Position numbers and translations under genes: made by a program. Of a stretch of 64,000 nt of DNA, positions 53,192-64,000 are shown piece after piece. The notes under the pieces are model-generated. The model worked only from the letters and a program-made list of their open reading frames with translations. It was not told the DNA's origin and searched no databases. The DNA is taken from contig OX597816.1 of the NCBI GenBank assembly GCA_951406725.2, positions 136,338,001 to 136,402,000 on the forward strand, in the 5' to 3' direction. The first letter of the stretch is position 1; every line of letters begins with the position of its first letter. The DNA comes from Octopus vulgaris. Lineage: Eukaryota.

Positions 53192-55285
53192 ATGTAGAGG
53201 CTCCTTCATCAGCAAAACTAAATATTGTTCAGTAAACTTATAAACGTGATACAAGCAAGAGTATCTCAATGAGTATTACAAGTATGTAATTGATTTGTTT
53301 ATCGGTTTGATATTTATTAGTTAGGCGCCATTAAATGTCATATAATATCTCCTTTTCCTCTATGAGTTGACTATTATGTTTTTATCGTCAGTGTTGACAT
53401 TTGATGAAGGTGATGTCCAGAAATTTCAGATATGACAACTGATTGCGTATTATTGGTATACTTTTATTCTTTTACTTTTTTCAGTCATTTGACTGTGGCC
53501 ATGCTGGAGCACTGCCTTTAGTCAAACAAATCGGCCCCAGGACTTATTCTTTGTAAGCCTAGAAATTATTCTATTGGTCTATTTTGCCGAACTGCTAAGT
53601 TATGGGGACATAAACGTACCAACATCAGTTGCCAAGGAGTGGCAGGGGGTGCAAACACACGCACACACAAATACATTTATACACACACACACACACACAT
53701 TATATTATATATATATATGTATATATATATATATAATATATTATGGGCTTCTTTCAGTTTCCATCTACCAAATCAACTCAGAAGGCTTTGGTCGGCCTGA
53801 AGCTATAGTAGAAGACACTTGCCGAAGGTACCATGCAGTGATACTGAACCAAAAACCTTGTGGTTTGGAAGTAAACTTCTTACCACTCAGCCACTCCTGT
53901 GTCTATGTTTCTTATATGTTCTGAGTTCAAATCCTACTGGAATCAACAACTTATGTACTAAGTTACTCATAGTGATTAATTGTTGTTTTGCATATGTTTG
54001 TGGTGAAGGCATATGGCTTAATGGTTAGGGTATTGGGCTTCCAATCATAAGGTCATGAGTTCACTCTCTAGTGGGGTGTTAAGCATGGTGCTTTATTTCA
54101 TGTTGCTCCATTTTACTCAGCTGGCAAAAATGAGTATCTGGATTTCAAAAGACCAGTCTTGTCATATTCTGTGTCATGCTGAATCTTCCTGAGAACTACA
54201 TTAAGTGTACACATGTCTGTGGAGTGCTCAGCCACTTGCTCAGTAATTTCACAAGCAGGCTGTTCTATTGATTGGATCATCTGGAACCCTTGTCATAACC
54301 AGCAGAGTGCCAGTTTATGGTGTTGCACCATGTTGCACTGTACTAATCAAAAGCTTATGCTGCAGTTGTTTTGAAACTCCAAAACTTCTTCTTTGGTCTC
54401 ATTGATGGTATTACCGTTTCCTTTATATCCTCAGATTTCATTTCTTTCAACATTTTAGGATATATCATTGTCGAAACTCCTTTAATATTCTCAACTCTTG
54501 CTTTTGATATCATCATCATCATTATCATAATTTAATGTCCACTTTCCATGCTGGTATAGGTTGGATAGTTTGACAGGATCCAGAGAACCACAAGGTTGTG
54601 TTGGGCTCCAGTATCAGCTTTAGCATACTTTCTGCAATATCAGCTAAAGCTGATATTGGATACTCTTCCTAATGCCAACTATTTTACTGTATGTACTGGA
54701 TGTTTGTTTCTTTTTCTCATGCTACTGGCATTAATGAGGTTGCTAAGTAACTTACAAGACAGAAAAAAGAACAGGGAGAGGAAAAAAGAAAAGCTTCCAC
54801 AACTAAGCTGGGAGTACCTGAAAGGAGAATGTTGCTTTATGCCAAATGTTGAAAGGTTAAAGTGAGATAGAGCAACAAGAATGGGTGTCTTGTTATAGAA
54901 GAGATACACAGTTACCCACTAGAGATCATTTATTTCCTTGGATTCATCATTGTCCATCAAATGTTTTGTTCTTACACTCGCTGACAACCACTTCAACCAG
55001 GCTTCGGCCAAATCTGGATCGGATAAAATCAATTATCCATATCCTGTTGGCAATGCTATTGTCATGTCATACAGTTCTAGTCAAAAAGTCATGCTGTAGA
55101 TATTTGCTGTCCTTAAATAGCTTTGATCAACTTATATGCAATGCTACGATAATTTGCATAACAATGACAGGACTGTTGTGATGTTCTTTTAAAGCTGAGC
55201 TTTTATTGTTTATTGTTCCTTGTCATGCCTTGTTTATTGTTCCTTGTCATAAATAATCCTCAGTAGTTATTATTAGACAACATTA

Positions 55286-55505
55286 AGGAGGCAAGCTGGC
55301 AGAATCGTTAAACACATCAGGCAAAATGCTGGGCGGCATTTTATTCATCTTTACATTCTGAGTTCAAATTTCACTGAGGTCAGCTTTGCCTCTCATCCTT
55401 TTGGGGTCAATTAAATAAGTATCAGTTGAGCACTGGAGTTAATGTAATTGATTTATCCCCTACTCTGAACTTGCTGGCCTTGTGCCAAAATATGAAACCA
55501 TTATT
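55286..55505 (+). repeat. SINE family B, CpG-decayed copy
   Basis: Same element as 5985-6200 with most CG changed to TG/CA. Confidence 0.8.
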
Positions 55506-56687
55506 AGTCAACATTATCAATGATGTAAATAGTTCTTTTATTTATCAATAATACTACAGCCTTGTCTAGTCATCACATGAGCATCACTATCATACAGGTT
55601 ACAATGTGAATGGAGGGCCTTTCCTCAGAGAAGGGTATTCCTCAAACTAGGAACATGGCCCTAACAACAGCCCAGAGTCTAGAATAGTCGAGAAAAGTCA
55701 TCAATGGCCTATACTCCATAGGGTATGAAGGTCTTAAGAAGAAGAGTGTGTATGTACATGATAAAAGAGTGATAGAAAGAGGAAGGGTGAATTTATGTAC
55801 TGTGTGAATGTTGTATTTATTTTAAAGCAAGGAAAATAGCAAGGGTGATGTGTTTGCTGACCTTTACTAACTGATGATGTTGATAGAGTTGTTGCTCAGC
55901 TTGAATGTTAGGAGGCTCAGTCTGTGAGAAAATGTAGCAGGGAAAAGAGTTCCAGAAGGTTGTAGGTCTGGTGGGTCAGAGGTTTAGAAAAAAAAAATGT
56001 TCAGTGCAAGATTTGGTAGGGGTTAAATGCTGACGAAAGAATGAGGAGTGGAAAAATCTGATAAGTTTCAGTTGGGGTATTGGGATAGTAGACAGGTTTT
56101 AGTTTTGGGGGATCAGGGATTGTTTATAGTAATAATGACAGAAGAGATTTATAAAAAAAAATAAAGTGTGTGAGAATCCATTCTTGTCAGATGTCCGGAA
56201 CTCATTATCCAAAGTGGCTTGCCTTATTTAACCCTTTTAGCATTTAAATCAGCCATATCTGGCTAAAATATTCTTCCTGTTTCATACTCAAACTGGCCAG
56301 ATACAGCCTCTCACACTTATTCTGCAATGTTAGCCTAAAAAATAGAGTCACATAATTGAAACTTCAAGACTACAAAATAATGCACAATAAATTCAAAATA
56401 ATGTGAATACACGAGCATTACATTTGACAGGGTAATCTGACTGAGTTAAGGGAGATCTAATTGCTTTTTCATTGCTATTCAAACTAGCTGGGTGAGCTCC
56501 TTTCTTAGCAAGGTAAGTGGATATGTTGATCATCTACAGACCAATATGTTGGAGTTTATTCAATCCATAATACTATCTTCTTTTCAATCTATACTTTACA
56601 AATCAATTACTCTGGCATCCTTTTAATCACTAAATAAAGAGATAAAGCTTTATTCAAAGAGTAGAAATATTTTTAGACATTTATGCT

Positions 56688-56724
<37 letters not shown>

Positions 56725-59551
56725 GATATCTTTTCTAATAGTGTATTGAAGTTGAGATACATACACATGAAAGGAATCTTTGATAATCACTTACTAGCCA
56801 AAATATAAATCTCTATGGGCAAAATAACAATTATTATCAGCTAGAAACAGTGACAGACAATGGGATATGTCTCAGTTTTGAGATACTTTCATTAACAGGC
56901 AAGACTGTTTCATGTTTGTGAAGCCTACTGTTCTCAACATGGTATTGTTGGAAAAGTCGCATATTACAACCTAAAGACAGAAATTAAACTTATAATCTAG
57001 ATATAGGACATTGAAGCTGTCTACAATCATTGTTATTCTCACTGTTGGGTGTACAACTAATATCCCTAGAGTACATTTTAATTTCTCTGAAACAGTAAGC
57101 TGTCCTATTTATTCTGTTTTCTTTTTACTGACGATTTAATTGGGGGCATTCCATTAATACTCTTATGGAAGTGTGTATATAGACTTGTTGTATGGTTGTT
57201 TTATGGCTTAACTTTTCTTAACTTGCATGGCACAGTGTTTTTGCTATGGCATGAATGTATTTCTTTCAGAACAAAATTAACATCGGTCACTAACAAAGTG
57301 TCAAGATTTTTGTTCTAATTTACACAGTGTCAAGCATTGTGATCTTCTGTATGTGTGGTGTAAGTGTTCATGCATGTGTCTGATCAATGGCTTACACTAC
57401 ATGTATGCATTCTTCATTTCACTATTTTTGTGTCAGTGTATAATCTGACAGCCCATGAAAATTTAGGAATTTAACATATCTCGGTCATCAGGTCCAAGAA
57501 AGATTTAAGTGACCTGCCTTACTAACAAACGTCTATTCACCTTTGAAATACAATATTATTAATACTAGGCTTTGCATTGTTAATTCTTCAAGACACTTAT
57601 TCATGAAGAAGTTAAAATACATCAGTATTAAATGCTTTTATAGAGAGTTATATAAACTGTCATCAGAAAATATTATGATGATATTATGTGTGTGAGTGTA
57701 TGCGTGTATATTTATGTATGTATGTGCGTATGTGTGTGTGTATGTATGTATGTACATATGTGTGTGTATGTATTTATGTACATATGTGTGTGTGTATATG
57801 TATGTATGTACATATGTGTGTGTGTATGTATGTATGCATGTATGTATCTATGCATGCATGTATGTATGCATGTATATATGTATGTGCATACATGCATACA
57901 TCATATATGAAAAAGTATTTTAATAATCACCCCCTGTCTAAATGATTAATCTTTATGCAAATAAATAAATAAGTTAAAAAAATAACAATTACAGTCAACT
58001 AGAAACAGAATGGGACATTCTATAAATGTGTGTGTGTGAGTTCATGAATATGTATTTTTCTCTTTGTGAATTCATCAGGTTTACATATATGTATGTATGT
58101 ATTTAGGTGTCTATGTGTATGGATGTAAGTACATATGCTTGTATAACTATATGTATGCATAATGTATTCATTAAGCAGCTCTGAATTTCCCATATCTGTG
58201 CATTTGTTCTCTGCACTGTCACCTGAATGAACACAGAGATAGGAAATTGAGTAACTTGAGATGATGTTTGGACCAGCTTTTTACAGTGTCATTCAACAAT
58301 TCACCAAAATTCACTCACCTTTTCTGCCCAAACTTTATTGATTTTATATGTACTATTATGGGGTGTTATTAACAAATTAATAAATATATGAACTCATATG
58401 TATTTAGTCTCAGCTGAGTAGCCTAGCGATTAGGTTGTTAGGACCATAGTCATAAGAACATCAGTTCATTTCCTCAACTAGGTAGTGCATTGTGTACTTG
58501 AGCAAAGCACATCAGTTCATATAGTTCCAGTTTATTCAACTGAAAGTTAGTACTTTCTGAATGCTAGTGCAGACTTCTCTCCTTTCAACTGTCACATCCT
58601 TGCTGTTTTGCTGGATCAAGGGAGAAGCTAAGAGGGTGTCTGTGTCTGCTCATGACTACACAGGCACATAAAACAATTAGTGAGAGCATGGTGCATTCTC
58701 CCAGACTGTTCATACCCACTTGGGAGTAACAGCTAAGCTTTCAAAGAAATTTGACCTCAAGGCCCCTTGCAGTAGGATTTTAAAAATTGAAATTAGTTTA
58801 TTTAGATATTATTAATTTCCAGAGTGAATTACTGGAAGGAGGGAAAATATTATCTGCTAGATTATTAACTGTTGAATAATGTTTGAAGTATACTGTTGAA
58901 ATATTAGGTAATATTAACTGGGTACGTTATCATTATCATTATTTAATGTCTGTTTTCCATGCTGGCATGGGTTGGATGTTTTGACCAGAGCTGGCAAGCT
59001 GGAGAGCTGCATCAGGTTCCAGTCTGATTTGGCTTGGTTTCTATGACTGGGTTCTTTTTGCATGTTATGGGCAGGTAAAATTATAATTATAATTTTACTA
59101 GTGCATATAGAAAAGAGCGAAACAAATACTACTTTTTAAAATAAATCATTTATTAAATTAAAATAAAATCAAATAAGACAAACTCATATTTATTGAAAAT
59201 ATACAAAGTAGTCATCAGTGACAATAATAGTAGAAGAGCATTGTAGTTTGCCGGATGCATTGTGATACAGCAGTACGATAATAAATAATGAAGACAGAGA
59301 GCTTCTAACAATGTGGAAAGGGAAAGTAAAGTAACTTTTATGTATTTCAGGCTTAAAGGCCCATCATCAGAAGTGAATGGCTTAGAAATGTGATTTTATG
59401 TAGATTCTGCTATTTTTGATTGTTGAACAGCTCTCCATAATTACAAATGTGACATTACCTGGTGTTACCAACAGTGGAAAAAATATATTCCCAACATTAC
59501 ATGCTATATGACAAGTTACTCTTTGGTTCCCATCGCCAACTGGTGGTTGTC

Positions 59552-60292
59552 ACACGCTGATGACAGGTCAATACCCAGAAACTCGGGTCCGCGTATATCA
59601 CATCAGGCTGGAGATGGGAAAGATGACTTCCCTTTGCAAATACTGATAGGGCACAGATAGTGTGTCAATAGCCAGCTGGTGGAGATGTCTTCCTGGGGCT
59701 ACAAGCTACAGTAGCATCAGCCCTTAAGAGTTAGCCACATTTAGGTGTCAAATATACTTCACGATGTTGTGCAGCTACTGTTTATACCTTGCTCAGAGAT
59801 TTATTATTGCTTGTTTCCACTTTTTCAAGATTAGTGACTATTCATCACTGGAAAAAGTATATATGTATATATATATATATAACTTTAAAATTGAATAGAA
59901 GATATAAAATCCACCTGATGAATGTCATTTGAAGACAGGAAACAATTGTAGTGGCGATTTATTTACTTTATATTAAAATTTTTTATGTATTGATTAAGTC
60001 TTTCCTTGTTTGATTTGTAAAATATTGGTTTTGTCTCTAATAATATTATATATATATATATATATATTTGAATTGAGAACCACTTCCCATCATGCTGATG
60101 ATCAATACCCAGAAACTCGAGTCCATGTGTATCATGTCAGGCTGGAGATGGGAAAGAAGACTTTGCAAATACTGATAGGGCACATATAGTGTGTCAATAG
60201 CCAACTGGAGGAGATGTCTTCCTGGGGCTACAAGCTACAGTAGCATCAACCTTTAAGGGTTAGCCACATTTAGGTGGCAAATGTACTTCACA
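59552..60292 (+). mobile_element. ~200 bp direct repeats (59555-59762, 60093-60292) each starting with a hammerhead motif; Penelope pLTR/retrozyme-like
   Basis: gctgatga...caatacccagaaactcgRgtcc...caggctggagatgggaaag...ttagccacatttaggtg occurs twice; a related degenerate copy lies on minus at ~7990-8140. Confidence 0.65.
59911..59954 (+). ncRNA. Minimal type I hammerhead ribozyme motif
   Basis: CCAC-CTGATGA-aTGTC..GACAg-GAAAC-AATT-GT-A-GTGG: stem I CCAC/GTGG, palindromic stem III, GUA cleavage triplet. Confidence 0.72.
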
Positions 60293-60704
60293 ATAACATA
60301 AAAGTTATCTCTCTTTGTGAGATGGACAAACAGAGAGTGGTAGTAAGACACTGCCAATTATGTTGATAGAGTTTTGAGACTTATAAAATTTTCAAAGAAA
60401 GTTTTTAGGCAAGTTATATTATGAAAATATTAAGTAACAAATAAGAATGAAGTATAAAAAAAATGTATTTTGTGCAAATTTAAAACTTTACTTTTATTTT
60501 CAGCTCTTAGTATAGTGAAGAAATCATTTAACTGTGGAAATCCATTTTGTTATTGTTGTTGTTGTTTAGTTATGGGTAATTGTAAATACACTGTAGATTA
60601 GATAAAAATGCATAACAACTTGGTTTTATTTACATTCTCTGCTTGTTAATAAATCAATATAATAGCAACAAGATTTATCATAGTACACATGGTATGACAT
60701 TTCC

Positions 60705-61490
60705 GTGTTGACAGATGTGGAAGCAAGGATTAGAATTGAAGGGCCTTAAAGTCAACCTTGCTAAAACCAAAGTCTTATTAAGTAGGAAGGCAGACAAACC
60801 AGAAATCCCTTCAGGTAGATGGCCCTGCTTGATCTGTAGAAAAGGTGTAGGTAGAAACTTCATAAGATGTACCCTGTGTAAGCTGTGGACACATAAGAGG
60901 TGCAGCAATATCAAAGGGAGGCTAACTGGGAAGATAGTATTTGTCTGTGGCAAATGCTCAGGTGCTATGAACACTGAAAATGTGCAGAGAACAGCTCCGG
61001 TCACATTCCAGGGAGAAAAACTACAAGTAGTTGATAGCTTCCATTACTTAGGGGACCAAGTCAGTAGTGAGGGTGCCAGTGGAATGTTAAAAGTACATCT
61101 GAGTGTGATCGTTCTCAGGATCACAGATTGGCTCCCATGCCAGCGGCATGTGAGAAGCACTATTCAAGTGTGATTGTTGCCAGTACTTGAAAAACAACAT
61201 TTGAGCGTGGTTGTTGCCAGTGTCGCCAGACTGGCTCCCATGCAGGTAGCATGTAAAAAAACACCTTTTGAGTGTGGTCATTGCCAGATCCGTCTGACTG
61301 GCCTCCATGCCGGTGTCATGTAAAAGCACCCACTACACTTTCGGAGTGGTTGGCTTTAGGAAGGGCATCCAGCTGTAGAAACTTTGCCGGATCAGATTGA
61401 GCCTGGTGCAGCCTTTGGCTCACCAGTCCTCAGTCAAACTGTCCAAACCATGCCAGCATGGAGAGCGGATGTTAACCGATGATGATGATG
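60705..61490 (+). mobile_element. RTE-type LINE fragment with Cys-rich (PHD-like) insert, joined to 3' UTR and (GAT)n tail
   Basis: GLKVNLAKTK...WPCLICRKGVGRNFIRCTLCKLWTHKRCS...FVCGKC...VDSFHYLGD. Confidence 0.8.
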
Positions 61491-62980
61491 AACACACATA
61501 GAAAAGATAAATATTACAAATGAACTCTACTAAGTGAAAGTTCGGAATAAACACAAAGAAGTGAATACCACCAAGATGAAGATGAACACAGTGCTCTATA
61601 AGTTTGTTGATGTGTTATATTCAGGAATACCTCAATTTAACAATTCAGTTCTGAATGTTCAATTGTTAAGTGGCTGATCATTAAGTAAGAAGCTAATTTG
61701 CATAGAAGTAATGATAAAATGTTGCTTATGTTCTCACTGATGGGATTTGACGTAAGAAATTTTTTGGAACTGTTAAATAAGGAACATCAACATCATCATT
61801 TAACATTTGTTTTCTATGTTGGCGTTGGTTGACTGGATCCAGTGAGCCACAAAGCTGCAGGAAGTTCCAATGTCATCTTTGACATGGTTTCTACTGCTGG
61901 ATACCCTTCCTAATACCAAAGACATTAGGGTAAAGGGTAAAGACTCTCTTCAGTCATGAATGACTATGGGATTGCACCTGGAAAGTTACCCTCCGAGGCA
62001 CAAGTCCACTTTATGAAAGACCAGCAGTTTCCCATGCATACCAGTGATGTCATCCACGGTAAAGACAAAGCATGATACAGCTTGGCACCAGTGACATCAC
62101 AACTAGTTTCTACAGCTGAGCGAACTGGAGCAACATGAAATAAAGTGTCTTGCTCAAGAACACAACACACAGCCTTATCTGGGAGTCAAACTCCCTACCT
62201 CATGATTGTGAGTCCAACATTCTAACCACTGAGTTATGCACCTTCACGAACCACATTACACTGTAAGCAATTTAGGAATAACCAATGATTTGATTAAATA
62301 AGTCATTTACAAATACGGCTATGCTTGTTTATTACTGATTCATTCATCACTGATCCTGGGTAACACAGTATGTTCAATTGTGAATCATGTTATATTTACT
62401 ATGGCACTGCTTTGAAGGGTTTAATTGAATGAACCAACCTCAGTATGTACTTTTTTTTTTAAAGCCTGGTTCTTATTTTTTAGGCAGATGATATCTAGGA
62501 ATATCCAGTGTGTGTGTTTTGTTAAGATACTAGGGTGTAATTTTAGAGAGATTTAGCTGATATTTTTAGCAAGGTGAAAGGCAAGTGATCACTCAGATGC
62601 TTCACATTTTTGTTTCCACTGATTTTCTCTGTGTGCACTCTGCCAGTTGGTGAATATACATGAACAACAGTTTGATATACTGTAGTAATTTAGTATTCAA
62701 TGACAAAGCAAAGAAGATAAACCATAACTGGACAATAATAACTCAGATTATTTGACGAATATATAATAGCTTTCAGAAAATAAACAAATAAAAAAAAATT
62801 GACATTTAAAATTGAAATAATTTTGATAGCTTTCTTATTACATCACAACTCCATGAACAGTTTCCATATCATTTTCTTTCTTCCTTATCTAAATATCATG
62901 ATAGATAGAACACCATGATTTATGTTTGTCAATGTTTCCAAAGTCATCGGTCTTAATATGTTACCTTATTATTGCAGGAA

Positions 62981-63078
62981 ATGGAAAATGAGAAGGTCAT
63001 CATCGTTCTGATAGTATGTGTCTGCTTGATTCTCATCATAGTTATCGTTTCTGCAGTAATTTTCTACTTTTGCTGCGG
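62981..63078 (+). CDS. Probable first coding exon of a host single-pass membrane protein: MENEKVIIVLIVCVCLILIIVIVSAVIFYFCC(G)
   Basis: Acceptor ttattattgcag|G at 62977/62978, ATG at 62981 in GAAATGG context, donor GG|gtaagt at 63078/63079; ~25 hydrophobic residues then Cys-Cys; unique sequence; too short for the ORF track. Confidence 0.72.
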
Positions 63079-64000
63079 GTAAGTCCCACTTTGTAATCTA
63101 ATTTGGCAGGGAGTAACTCACTAGTTTCTGCATGTAAGACTTATGTTATCATGGGTTACTGCTGTTTCTATTGTGGTAAGGTACAATTTAACACTTTAGC
63201 ATTCAGATTATCCTGTCAAATGTAATGCTTGTTTATTCATTTTTTAAAAATTAATCATGCATTATTTTGTAGCTTTGAGATTTCAATGATGTGATTATTT
63301 ATTTTAACGATAATCTTGTAGGGTAGGTATGACAGGCTGGATCTGGCTACTTTGGATGTAAAACAGGTAGAATATCTGGGCTGGATATAGTTTGAATGCT
63401 AATGGGTTAAAGTAGTTAAAGCCTATTTATCATGAAGATTTACCTAGTATTTGTATCTCCCTTCTAGTTATATAATTCCTCCAACAAGCATGCATTTTGC
63501 ACTAAAAGCCAATATGAGAGTTTCCCTCGTGATATCTGCCACAGTATAGTTTGTTCTAACAGAACATCCACATTTAATAGTACTTATCAGTATTACTACT
63601 GCCTCTGTCACTAATATATATTATTTTACAAGTATTTGTTATGTTAATATAAAAAAGCAACAATCTAATAAACATTACTGAAACTTGAAATACAGTAGAA
63701 TAGATAAGAAAGTGATCAGAGAGGGCCCTTTCACTATATATTGTAATGGTAGAACTGACATGAAGCATCTCATCCAAGAAATAAGAAATAAAATGTGCAC
63801 AACAGGAGGGTAACTTGACTAGAAATTTTTCATAATGCTAATCAAGTGTGAAAACATTGCTTTTGCCTAATTTCTCAATGGTGAATGTCATAGGAGTATA
63901 TCTCCTGTAGTCATGGTTCCATGTGATAAGTGAGAAAGGAAAGGATCTCAAGGTGATGATGGTAATTAATAGCATCAATATCCTTAACCTTTGAGTTTTA

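Overview
Eukaryotic, AT-rich, repeat-dominated DNA; the SINE, RTE and CR1-type repeats and the long (TA)n/(TAGA)n microsatellites point to an octopod cephalopod genome (inference from repeat families). Almost all listed ORFs are microsatellite noise or retroelement fragments. The one convincing host coding piece is a small + strand exon at 62978-63078 encoding an N-terminal transmembrane anchor followed by Cys-Cys, probably spliced from a non-coding first exon ending at 12468. Repeats downstream of ~13-17 kb are visibly CpG-depleted, as expected inside a methylated gene body. The dominant biology is Penelope-like retroelements (Naiad-type RT + GIY-YIG). They occur as head-to-head fold-back insertions in (TA)n tracts and carry minimal type I hammerhead ribozyme motifs. 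One sits at the centre of a ~9.5 kb palindrome (21469-30970) that duplicates ~3 kb of flanking DNA. A Naiad RT fragment at ~18.7-19.3 kb appears massively A-to-G hypermutated on its sense strand, which suggests an ADAR-hyperedited RNA was reverse-transcribed back into the genome. Coordinates of degenerate repeats are approximate; no database searches or alignments were run.
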